From: Paracoccaceae bacterium
GTDB lineage: Bacteria > Pseudomonadota > Alphaproteobacteria > Rhodobacterales > Rhodobacteraceae
DNA length: 64,000 bases
Assembly: GCA_044377735.1 (NCBI GenBank)
Contig: JBILYK010000008.1
Location: 828 to 64,827, forward strand
Direction: 5' to 3'
Shown here: one piece after another, positions 28,939-35,896 of the stretch
How positions within the stretch are numbered: position 1 is the stretch's first letter
How the letters are laid out: each line of letters starts with the position of its first letter
Notes under the pieces: generated by a model
The model's input: the letters and a program-made list of their open reading frames with translations, nothing else
What the model was told of the DNA's origin: nothing
Databases searched by the model: none
Translations under genes and position numbers: made by a program

Positions 28939-28975
28939 GGCGGTGAAAAACCTTTGTGCACTGATTTCCCGACAC

Positions 28976-29026
28976 TTTATCACATTTTCATCTAGTGAAA
29001 AATCATTTCGAAAAAATTGTGATCGC
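28976..29026. promoter_or_regulatory. Nested dyad symmetry in the bhcR/bhcA divergent promoter region (candidate BhcR operator)
   Basis: In an AT-rich stretch, ATCACA (28979-28984) and TGTGAT (29018-29023) flank the inner near-palindrome TTTCATCTAGTGAAA (28986-29000). Confidence 0.35.
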
Positions 29027-29070
29027 GCAGCGTGGCGGCTAATCTTGGCACAACCCACAGGGAGTCGCCC

Positions 29071-30246
29071 ATGTCCGCCCAGAACCCGGTTTTCATTCCT
29101 GGCCCGACCAATATGCCCGAAGCGCTGCGCAAAGCCTGCGATATCGCCACGCTTGACCACCGCTCGCCCGCCTTTGGGCGGATGTTCCACCCGGCGGTCG
29201 CAGGGGTGAAGCGGGTCTTGAACATGGCAGCGGGTGAGGTGTTTTTGCTGCCCTCAACCGGAACGGGGGGCTGGGAGGCTGCGATCTCCAACACGCTGTC
29301 GCCCGCAGATACCGTGTTGGCGGCGCGCTTCGGCATGTTTTCGCACCGTTGGATCGACATGTGCCAACGCCACGGGCTGACGGTGGAGGTTTTGGAAACC
29401 CCATGGGGCGAAGGCGCGCCGCTGGCGCGGATCGAGGCCGCGCTGCGGGCCGACAAGGACCATGCGATCAAAGTGGTCTTGGCCACCCATAATGAAACCG
29501 CAACCGGGGTGCGGTCGGACATCGCGGGCATTCGCGCCGCGATGGATGGCGCACACCATCCGGCGCTGCTGTTTGTCGATGGGGTGTCCTCCATCGCGTC
29601 GATGCCCTTCGAGTTTGAGGCATGGGGCGTCGATATTGCCGTGGCGGGCAGCCAGAAGGGGTTCATGCTGCCCGCGGGCCTTGCCATCTTGGGCGTCAGC
29701 CCAAAGGCACTGGCGGCGATGGACAGCGCCCGCCTGCCACGCTGCTTTTTCGATCTGGCCGACCAGATCCGCTCCAATGCAACCGGCGGCTTTCCCTATA
29801 CCCCGCCGGTCGGGCTGATCGCCGGTCTCGCGCGCAGCATCGAGATGCTGGAGGATGAGGGGCTCGAGGCGGTCTATGCCCGCCATCACCGTCTGGCCGA
29901 AGGCGTGCGCCGGGCCGTGGCGGGCTGGGACATGCGCCCCTGTGCCAAAAGCCCCGATCTTTACTCCGACACCATCACCGCCGTTGTGGTGCCCGAGGGC
30001 TGCAACGGCACCGATCTGGTGCAGCTGGCAGCGTCAAAATACGGCGTCGCCTTTGGCGTGGGTTTGGGCGAGGTGGCGGGCAAGGTGTTCCGCATCGGCC
30101 ATCTGGGGATGCTGAGCGATGTGATGATGCTGGCGGGCCTTGCCACGGCGGAAATGTGCATGGCCGATCTGGGCTGGCCCGTGCGGTTGGGGTCCGGCGT
30201 GGCGGCGGCGCAGGAGTATTACCGCGCCACGGCCAAGCTGGCGTAG
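29071..30246 (+). CDS. bhcA: Aspartate-glyoxylate aminotransferase (class V)
   Basis: MSAQNPVFIPGPTNMPE...GSQKGFMLPAGL (PLP lysine). AGGGAG lies upstream. It is the first gene of the four-gene cluster. Confidence 0.85.
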   Translation: MSAQNPVFIPGPTNMPEALRKACDIATLDHRSPAFGRMFHPAVAGVKRVLNMAAGEVFLLPSTGTGGWEAAISNTLSPADTVLAARFGMFSHRWIDMCQRHGLTVEVLETPWGEGAPLARIEAALRADKDHAIKVVLATHNETATGVRSDIAGIRAAMDGAHHPALLFVDGVSSIASMPFEFEAWGVDIAVAGSQKGFMLPAGLAILGVSPKALAAMDSARLPRCFFDLADQIRSNATGGFPYTPPVGLIAGLARSIEMLEDEGLEAVYARHHRLAEGVRRAVAGWDMRPCAKSPDLYSDTITAVVVPEGCNGTDLVQLAASKYGVAFGVGLGEVAGKVFRIGHLGMLSDVMMLAGLATAEMCMADLGWPVRLGSGVAAAQEYYRATAKLA

Positions 30247-30287
30247 CGGTCAGGTCAGACGCGGGGGCCAGCCCCCTCTTTGCCAAG

Positions 30288-31256
30288 ATGAAAGGATCGG
30301 TCGTGGATATTCCAACATTTGAGGATGCCGTGGCGGCGCGGGGGCGAATTGCGCCACATGTGCACGAAACACCTGTGATGACATCAAGGTTCTTGAACGA
30401 TCTGATCGGGGCTGAGTTGTTTTTCAAATGTGAGAACTTTCAACGTGCCGGGGCCTTCAAGGCGCGCGGGGCGTCGAATGCGGTGTTTGGCTTGACCGAG
30501 CCGCAGGCCGCGCGCGGCGTGGCGACCCATTCCAGCGGCAATCATGGCACCTGTCTGAGCTATGCCGCCGGGCGGCGCGGGATTGCGTGTACCGTCGTCA
30601 TGCCGCACAGCGCGCCACAGGCCAAGAAAGATGCCGTGCGCGGCTATGGCGGGCGCGTGGTGGAATGCGAACCGTCGACCAGCAGTCGCGAGGCGGTGTT
30701 TGCGCAAGTGCTGGCCGAGACGGGGGCGGAGTTCGTGCATCCCTACAATGACCCACGGGTGATTGCCGGGCAGGCCACATGTGCGATGGAGTTCATCGAA
30801 CAGGTGCCGGGGCTGGAGGCGATCATGGCCCCGATTGGCGGCGGCGGGTTGATTTCGGGCACGTGTCTTGCGCTGTCACATCTGGCGCCGGACATCGCGA
30901 TTTATGCCGCAGAACCGGCCCAGGCCGATGATGCCGCGCGGTCCTTGGCGGCGGGCCATATCATTGCCGATGACGCGCCCGTGACGGTGGCCGATGGGCT
31001 GAAGGTGCCGTTGAAAGAGCTGACATGGCATTTCGTGCGTGCCCATGTCCGCGACATTCTGACCGCCGAGGAGGATGAGATCATCGCCGCGATGAAGCTG
31101 ACTTGGGCGCGGATGAAGCTGGTGATGGAGCCGTCTTGCGCCGTGCCCTTGGCGGCCATCGTGAAGAACCGCGCCCGGTTTCAGGGCAAGCGGGTGGGTG
31201 TGGTGTTGACCGGGGGCAATGTCGATCTGGATCGGTTGCCGTGGATGAAAGGGTAA
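30288..31256 (+). CDS. bhcB: beta-Hydroxyaspartate dehydratase (serine/threonine dehydratase fold)
   Basis: FKCENFQRAGAFKARGA...HSSGNHG. Its position in the cluster supports the call. Confidence 0.85.
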   Translation: MKGSVVDIPTFEDAVAARGRIAPHVHETPVMTSRFLNDLIGAELFFKCENFQRAGAFKARGASNAVFGLTEPQAARGVATHSSGNHGTCLSYAAGRRGIACTVVMPHSAPQAKKDAVRGYGGRVVECEPSTSSREAVFAQVLAETGAEFVHPYNDPRVIAGQATCAMEFIEQVPGLEAIMAPIGGGGLISGTCLALSHLAPDIAIYAAEPAQADDAARSLAAGHIIADDAPVTVADGLKVPLKELTWHFVRAHVRDILTAEEDEIIAAMKLTWARMKLVMEPSCAVPLAAIVKNRARFQGKRVGVVLTGGNVDLDRLPWMKG

Positions 31257-31260
31257 TGCG

Positions 31261-32424
31261 ATGAACACAGTAACGTCTTTCGAGGGGCTTGAGGTTGGCT
31301 ATGACATCCCTGCCCTGCCCGGCATGGCCGAGGCCGAGATCCAGACCCCGTGTCTGGTGCTCGATCTGGACGCGCTGGAACGCAACATCACCAAGATGGG
31401 CGCGATTGCCGCCCAGATGGGCGTGCGCCACCGGGTGCATGGCAAGATGCACAAATCGGTCGATGTGGCCTTGTTGCAAGAGCGGTTGGGCGGGGCCTGT
31501 GGGGTCTGCTGCCAGAAGGTCAGCGAGGCAGAGGTCTTTGCGCGCGGCGGTATCAAGGATGTGCTGGTCTCCAATCAGGTACGCGACCCGATGAAGATCG
31601 ACCGTCTGGCGCGTATCCCAAAGCTCGGGGCGCGTGTGATTGTCTGTGTTGATGATCCCGCCAATGTCGCGGATCTTTCGGCAGCGGCGCTGCGCCATGG
31701 CACGACGATCGAGGTGCTGGTGGAAATCGACTGTGGCGCAGGGCGCTGTGGGGTGAAAACCACGCCCGAAGTGGTGGCGATTGCCCAAGGCGTGGCGGCG
31801 GCCGCGGGGCTGCGCTTTGCCGGGATCCAAGCCTATCAGGGCGCGATGCAGCACATGGAGCTTTACACCGACCGCAAGGCCAAGATCGAGATCGCGGTGG
31901 CGCAAGTGGCGGCTGCTGTCGCCGGGCTGAAGACGGTGGGGCTGGCCTGTGACATCGTCGGCGGCGGGGGCACCGGGTCTTACCATTTCGAAGGCACGTC
32001 AGGCGTTTACAATGAATTGCAGTGCGGGTCTTACGCCTTTATGGATGCCGATTATGGCCGGATCCTGGACAAGGACGGCCAGCGGATCGATCAGGGCGAA
32101 TGGGAAAACGCGCTTTTTCTGCTGACCTCGGTGATGAGCCACGCCAAGCCCGACAAGGCGATTGTCGATGCCGGGCTGAAGGCACAATCGGTGGATTCTG
32201 GCCTGCCGGTGGTCTTTGGCCGCTTGGATGTGCGCTATGTCAAATGTTCCGATGAACATGGTGTGATTGATGACCCGATGGGTGTGTTGCAGGTGAATGA
32301 CAAGTTACGGCTGGTGCCGGGCCATTGTGACCCCACCTGCAACATCCATGACTGGTATGTCGGCCTGCGCGGCGGGTTGGTCGAGGCGGTCTGGCCGGTG
32401 TCAGCCCGTGGCAAGGCCTATTAG
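31261..32424 (+). CDS. bhcC: beta-Hydroxyaspartate aldolase (alanine-racemase-N / D-threonine aldolase-like)
   Basis: 387 aa: TPCLVLDLDALERNI...HGKMHKS...HCDPTCN. Its position in the cluster supports the call. Confidence 0.85.
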   Translation: MNTVTSFEGLEVGYDIPALPGMAEAEIQTPCLVLDLDALERNITKMGAIAAQMGVRHRVHGKMHKSVDVALLQERLGGACGVCCQKVSEAEVFARGGIKDVLVSNQVRDPMKIDRLARIPKLGARVIVCVDDPANVADLSAAALRHGTTIEVLVEIDCGAGRCGVKTTPEVVAIAQGVAAAAGLRFAGIQAYQGAMQHMELYTDRKAKIEIAVAQVAAAVAGLKTVGLACDIVGGGGTGSYHFEGTSGVYNELQCGSYAFMDADYGRILDKDGQRIDQGEWENALFLLTSVMSHAKPDKAIVDAGLKAQSVDSGLPVVFGRLDVRYVKCSDEHGVIDDPMGVLQVNDKLRLVPGHCDPTCNIHDWYVGLRGGLVEAVWPVSARGKAY

Positions 32425-32538
32425 AGCGGATCGCATTCAATCTAATTCAGATTGGATGCGATCCAAGACGGGCAAGCCGTTGGGACTGTTGCGTATCGCG
32501 TTTGATCGGCCGAACCCAATCAAACGCGATACGCTCTA
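32422..32538. repeat. MITE-like double-palindrome element between bhcC and bhcD
   Basis: Palindrome 1 is at 32428-32464: GGATCGCATTCAATCT-aattc-AGATTGGATGCGATCC, 16 bp with one G-T pair. Palindrome 2 is at 32491-32534: GCGTATCGCGTTTGAT-12 nt-ATCAAACGCGATACGC, a perfect 16 bp. The outer ends GAGCG...CGCTC are each flanked by TA. Confidence 0.6.
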
Positions 32539-32573
32539 AAGCCATGAACCGGCGGGGGTGCGGCCCTGTCGAA

Positions 32574-32607
32574 GCCTCCGGCGGGAGTATTTGGAAAGGC
32601 GCAAATC
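32574..32607 (+). repeat. 34-nt conserved box, copy 2 (forms the bhcD 5' leader)
   Basis: GCCTCCGGCGGGAGTATTTGGAAAGGCGCAAATC is 32/34 identical to 2058-2091. It ends 1 nt before the bhcD ATG (a single C at 32608 intervenes). Confidence 0.85.
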
Positions 32608-32608
32608 C

Positions 32609-33568
32609 ATGTTGAGTGTTCCTGAGGCGTTGATTGCACAGTTGGTGACGGCACAGGACGCCTTTGGCGCGGTCACAGCCTGTCTGGTGGCGGCGGCCCG
32701 CGGTGAGGCTGAGAATTTCCCCGTGGTGCGCCAAGCTTTGGGCGAGGGGCGGCAGTATGGGTTCAAATCCGGGGTCGACCGGGCGGCGGGTCGGATGGGC
32801 GTCAAGGCGGGGGGGTATTTCCCTGGAAATGCTGCGCGGGGCCTGATCAACCATCAGTCCAGCGTATTTTTGTTTGACCCCGACAGCGGGCGACCTGTGG
32901 CCATGGTGGGGGGCAATCTTTTGACCGCGCTGCGGACGGCAGCGGCGGCGGCGATTTCCATTGACCGGTTGGCGCGGCCGGATGCGCGGGTTTTGGGGAT
33001 TGTGGGGGCCGGGCATCAGGCCGGGTTTCAGCTGCGCGCAGCCGCCGGTGTTCGGCCTTGGGAGCGGGTGATCGGCTGGAACCTGCACCCCGAGAGGCTG
33101 CCGCGTCTGGGGGCCATTGCCGCCGAGTTGGGCCTGCCTTTTGAGGTTGTGGATCTGCCGCAGATGGTGGAGGCGGATGCGATTATCACCATCACCTCTT
33201 CGCCCCGTGCCAGCCTGATGGCCGCCCATGTGCGCCCCGGCACGCATCTGGCCTGCATGGGCACCGACACCAAAGGCAAGCAGGAGGTGGAGCCTGCCTT
33301 GGTGGCCCGCGCGCGGCTTTTCACCGATGAGGTGGCGCAAGCGGTCAGCATTGGTGAGGCCCAGCACGCGGTGGCAGCGGGGTTGGTTGACCCAGGCAAC
33401 ATCATGACCTTGGGTGCGGTTCTGGCCGGGCTGGCGCCGGGGCGGCAATCAGACGCGGAGATCACGCTTTATGACGGCACCGGGGTGGCCTTGCAGGATC
33501 TGGCAGTGGCGGCCCTGGCCGTGGCGCGGGCTGAAGAGCGTGGCCTTGGCGTGAGGGTCGAGGTCTAA
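32609..33568 (+). CDS. bhcD: Iminosuccinate reductase (ornithine cyclodeaminase/mu-crystallin family)
   Basis: Trimmed to [13 protein letters not shown]. The Rossmann motif [10 protein letters not shown] is present. It is the last gene of the cluster. Confidence 0.85.
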   Translation: MLSVPEALIAQLVTAQDAFGAVTACLVAAARGEAENFPVVRQALGEGRQYGFKSGVDRAAGRMGVKAGGYFPGNAARGLINHQSSVFLFDPDSGRPVAMVGGNLLTALRTAAAAAISIDRLARPDARVLGIVGAGHQAGFQLRAAAGVRPWERVIGWNLHPERLPRLGAIAAELGLPFEVVDLPQMVEADAIITITSSPRASLMAAHVRPGTHLACMGTDTKGKQEVEPALVARARLFTDEVAQAVSIGEAQHAVAAGLVDPGNIMTLGAVLAGLAPGRQSDAEITLYDGTGVALQDLAVAALAVARAEERGLGVRVEV

Positions 33569-33626
33569 GGCCAATCGGCCCATTCTGGGATGGACGTGCG
33601 CGGCCCTGCGCGGTAATTTCGGGGTC

Positions 33627-34397
33627 ATGCCGCGCTATGCCCTGAAAATCGAATACCATGGTGCCCCTTTCGCGGGCTGGCAGCGCCAGTCCCAAGGGCT
33701 GGCCTCGGTGCAAGGCGCGGTGGAGGCGGCCTTGGCCAGGCTGGAGCCGCGCGCCCACACCATCGCCGCCGCAGGGCGCACCGATGCGGGCGTGCATGCC
33801 ACGGGTCAGGTTGCCACGCTGGATATGGAGCGCGATTGGGATCCCTTTCGCCTGATGGAGGCATTGAACCACCATCTGCGCCCCGAGCCCGTGGCCATTC
33901 TGGCCGCCGCGCGGGTGGAAGATGACTTTCACGCCCGGTTTTCGGCCCTTGAACGGCGCTATCTGTTCCGGCTCATCCAGCGCCGCGCGCCCCTTACCCA
34001 TGACGCGCAACTGGCGTGGCGGGTGCAAAACTCCCTTGATCTGGACGCCATGCGTGCAGGGGCTTCGCATCTGATCGGCCTGCAGGATTTCACCACCTTC
34101 CGATCCACGATGTGTCAGGCCAAAAGCCCGGTGAAATCACTCGATGAGATCACGATCACCGAAGCGCCCTATCCGGGGGGGCGCGAAATCCGCTTCACGC
34201 TGCGCGCCCGGAGTTTTCTGCACAATCAGGTGCGCTCCATCGTCGGCACGCTGGAACGCGTGGGTGCGGCAAGCTGGCAGCCCGAAGACGTCAAGACCGC
34301 GCTTGATGCAAAAGACCGGGCCGCCTGCGGCCCGGTCTGTCCGCCCGACGGGCTGTATCTGACAGGGGTTGGCTACCGGGCCGATCCGTTTGGTTGA
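33627..34397 (+). CDS. truA: tRNA pseudouridine38-40 synthase
   Basis: [21 protein letters not shown]...[10 protein letters not shown]. Confidence 0.93.
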   Translation: MPRYALKIEYHGAPFAGWQRQSQGLASVQGAVEAALARLEPRAHTIAAAGRTDAGVHATGQVATLDMERDWDPFRLMEALNHHLRPEPVAILAAARVEDDFHARFSALERRYLFRLIQRRAPLTHDAQLAWRVQNSLDLDAMRAGASHLIGLQDFTTFRSTMCQAKSPVKSLDEITITEAPYPGGREIRFTLRARSFLHNQVRSIVGTLERVGAASWQPEDVKTALDAKDRAACGPVCPPDGLYLTGVGYRADPFG

Positions 34398-34424
34398 GCG
34401 GGGATTTCCCCCACCAAACCACAT

Positions 34425-34466
34425 CCCCCCGCCCCCAGCCCCTCCCCACGGGGGGGAGGGGAGGCG
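34425..34466 (+). repeat. GC-rich palindromic element, copy 6 (forward)
   Basis: CCCCCCGCCCCCAGCCCCTCCCCACGGGGGGGAGGGGAGGCG. Confidence 0.85.
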
Positions 34467-34512
34467 ACGGGGCGACACGCGGCGACACCGGGCGCGCGGG
34501 TGCAGGACTTGC

Positions 34513-34546
34513 GGCCCCCTCCCCCTCATCGGGAGGGAGGGGGGCC
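34513..34546. repeat. GC-rich palindromic element, copy 7 (core hairpin only)
   Basis: GGCCCCCTCCCCCTCATCGGGAGGGAGGGGGGCC. It pairs with copy 6 across the convergent truA/nhaA junction. Confidence 0.7.
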
Positions 34547-34550
34547 TTGA

Positions 34551-35813
34551 TCAATCCTCGCGGCGTTCAACCTTCAACAGCCGTCCCATCACGATGGCGA
34601 TCGCCGCCGCCCCGAACGAGAACACCGCCCCCATCTTGGCCGCCTCTTGGGCCGCCCCCGCCGGGAAGGCGACGGTGGTGACAAACAAGGCCACGGTAAA
34701 GCCGATGGCCGCGACACAGCCCAAGACCCACAGATCGCGCATCTTCATCCCCGAAGGCAGGTCAAAGCCCATCTTCACTGCAAGCATCCCCATCAGGAAA
34801 ATGCCCACCGGCTTGCCAATGATCAGCCCGCCCAGAACCATCCACGTCGGCTCGCCAAAGGCGGAAAACACCACACCCGCGTTCAGAAGGCCAAAGAAGA
34901 ACAGCATCACCTCGACAAAGTATTTCAGGCGATGCTCGATCCAGTTCAGAAGGTCGGTCAGATGCGCCTCGGCCTCGGCAAAGATGCCATAGGGACGGTC
35001 GGCATGCGGGATGGTCGGCACGATGGGCAGAAGGCCCAAGGCCGGGTGAATCCCCGCATTGTGGAACCCATACCACGAGATCGCGCCTGCAATCGCATAG
35101 GGCCAGAAGCTGGCCTTTTGCCGCATCCAGGTCGAGTTCGGACGATCCTGCTTGCCGCGATCAAGATAGCGCGGCAGCCAGTTGGCCAGCCCATAGACCG
35201 CAACCGCCGCCGCCAGCGACATCAAAAGCCAAGCGGGTTGCAGATCCCCCGTAGGATAAAAGATCGCCAGAATGATCATGCCACCCGCGTCATCGGCAAT
35301 GGCCAACAACAGCAAGAATGGAATGGCCGGATGGCCCGCACCAAAGATGATGCGGCCAACCAGATACGAAAACGCAATATCGGTGGCGGTCGGGATGGCC
35401 CAGCCTTGCGCATACTGGTCAAAAACCCCCAGCATGGCACCGATCAAGAGATAGACCGCCGCCGGGCCAATCATCCCGCCCGCGGTGGCGATCAGCGGCG
35501 TAACCGCCTTTTTCCCCCGCAATTCCCCGTCTTTCAGGATGATGCCTTCCCAAACCTCTTTGGCGGCAATGGCAAAGAAGAACGCCATGCAGACATCGTT
35601 GATCAGGAAATGCAGCGTCAGCGTGCGATGCACCTCGCCGCCCACCTCATGCGCATGCCCTATGGGCGCATGATCCCAAAGCACGAAATGCACCAGATGC
35701 TGGTAGCTTTCGTTATGGGTATTTGCCCAGATCAGCGCCAAAACCGCGCCCGTCAACAACAACAACGAATATGTCGATATGACACTCCAGACTTTATACA
35801 TTCCCAGTCCCAT
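34551..35813 (-). CDS. nhaA: Na+/H+ antiporter NhaA
   Basis: The NhaA pattern includes LLLAIADDAGGMIILAIFY (E. coli has AIIDDLGAIIIIALFY). The start is either ATG 35813 (MGLGMYKVW) or ATG 35801. Confidence 0.9.
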   Translation of the reverse strand: MGLGMYKVWSVISTYSLLLLTGAVLALIWANTHNESYQHLVHFVLWDHAPIGHAHEVGGEVHRTLTLHFLINDVCMAFFFAIAAKEVWEGIILKDGELRGKKAVTPLIATAGGMIGPAAVYLLIGAMLGVFDQYAQGWAIPTATDIAFSYLVGRIIFGAGHPAIPFLLLLAIADDAGGMIILAIFYPTGDLQPAWLLMSLAAAVAVYGLANWLPRYLDRGKQDRPNSTWMRQKASFWPYAIAGAISWYGFHNAGIHPALGLLPIVPTIPHADRPYGIFAEAEAHLTDLLNWIEHRLKYFVEVMLFFFGLLNAGVVFSAFGEPTWMVLGGLIIGKPVGIFLMGMLAVKMGFDLPSGMKMRDLWVLGCVAAIGFTVALFVTTVAFPAGAAQEAAKMGAVFSFGAAAIAIVMGRLLKVERRED

Positions 35814-35832
35814 CGTTTGTTTTGGTAATTTT

Positions 35833-35864
35833 TCAAATTGAAAACACTGGTTTTTCACAAGTGT
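35833..35864 (-). terminator. Candidate intrinsic terminator of the acetate-locus operon
   Basis: On the minus strand: ACACTTG-tgaaaaa-CCAGTGT (6 of 7 pairs) followed by TTTTCAATTTG. It lies about 35 nt after the sensor-exonuclease stop, and the same region must hold the nhaA promoter. Confidence 0.45.
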
Positions 35865-35896
35865 CAAGCCAACGAAGAAAGACCCCGCATCATCCG

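Noticed and set aside
16529-34546. Possibility that the recurring GC-rich palindromes are a CRISPR array
   Set aside because: The copies are dispersed over 18 kb in separate intergenic gaps and in both orientations, with no regular repeat-spacer periodicity. No cas genes are present. They behave like REP/BIME-type elements.
35814-35896. Cation riboswitch (nhaA-I type) upstream of nhaA
   Set aside because: The leader is at most about 85 nt and is largely taken up by the hairpin plus T-tract that ends the upstream operon. I cannot reproduce the motif consensus from memory, so I make no claim. An Infernal scan would settle it.
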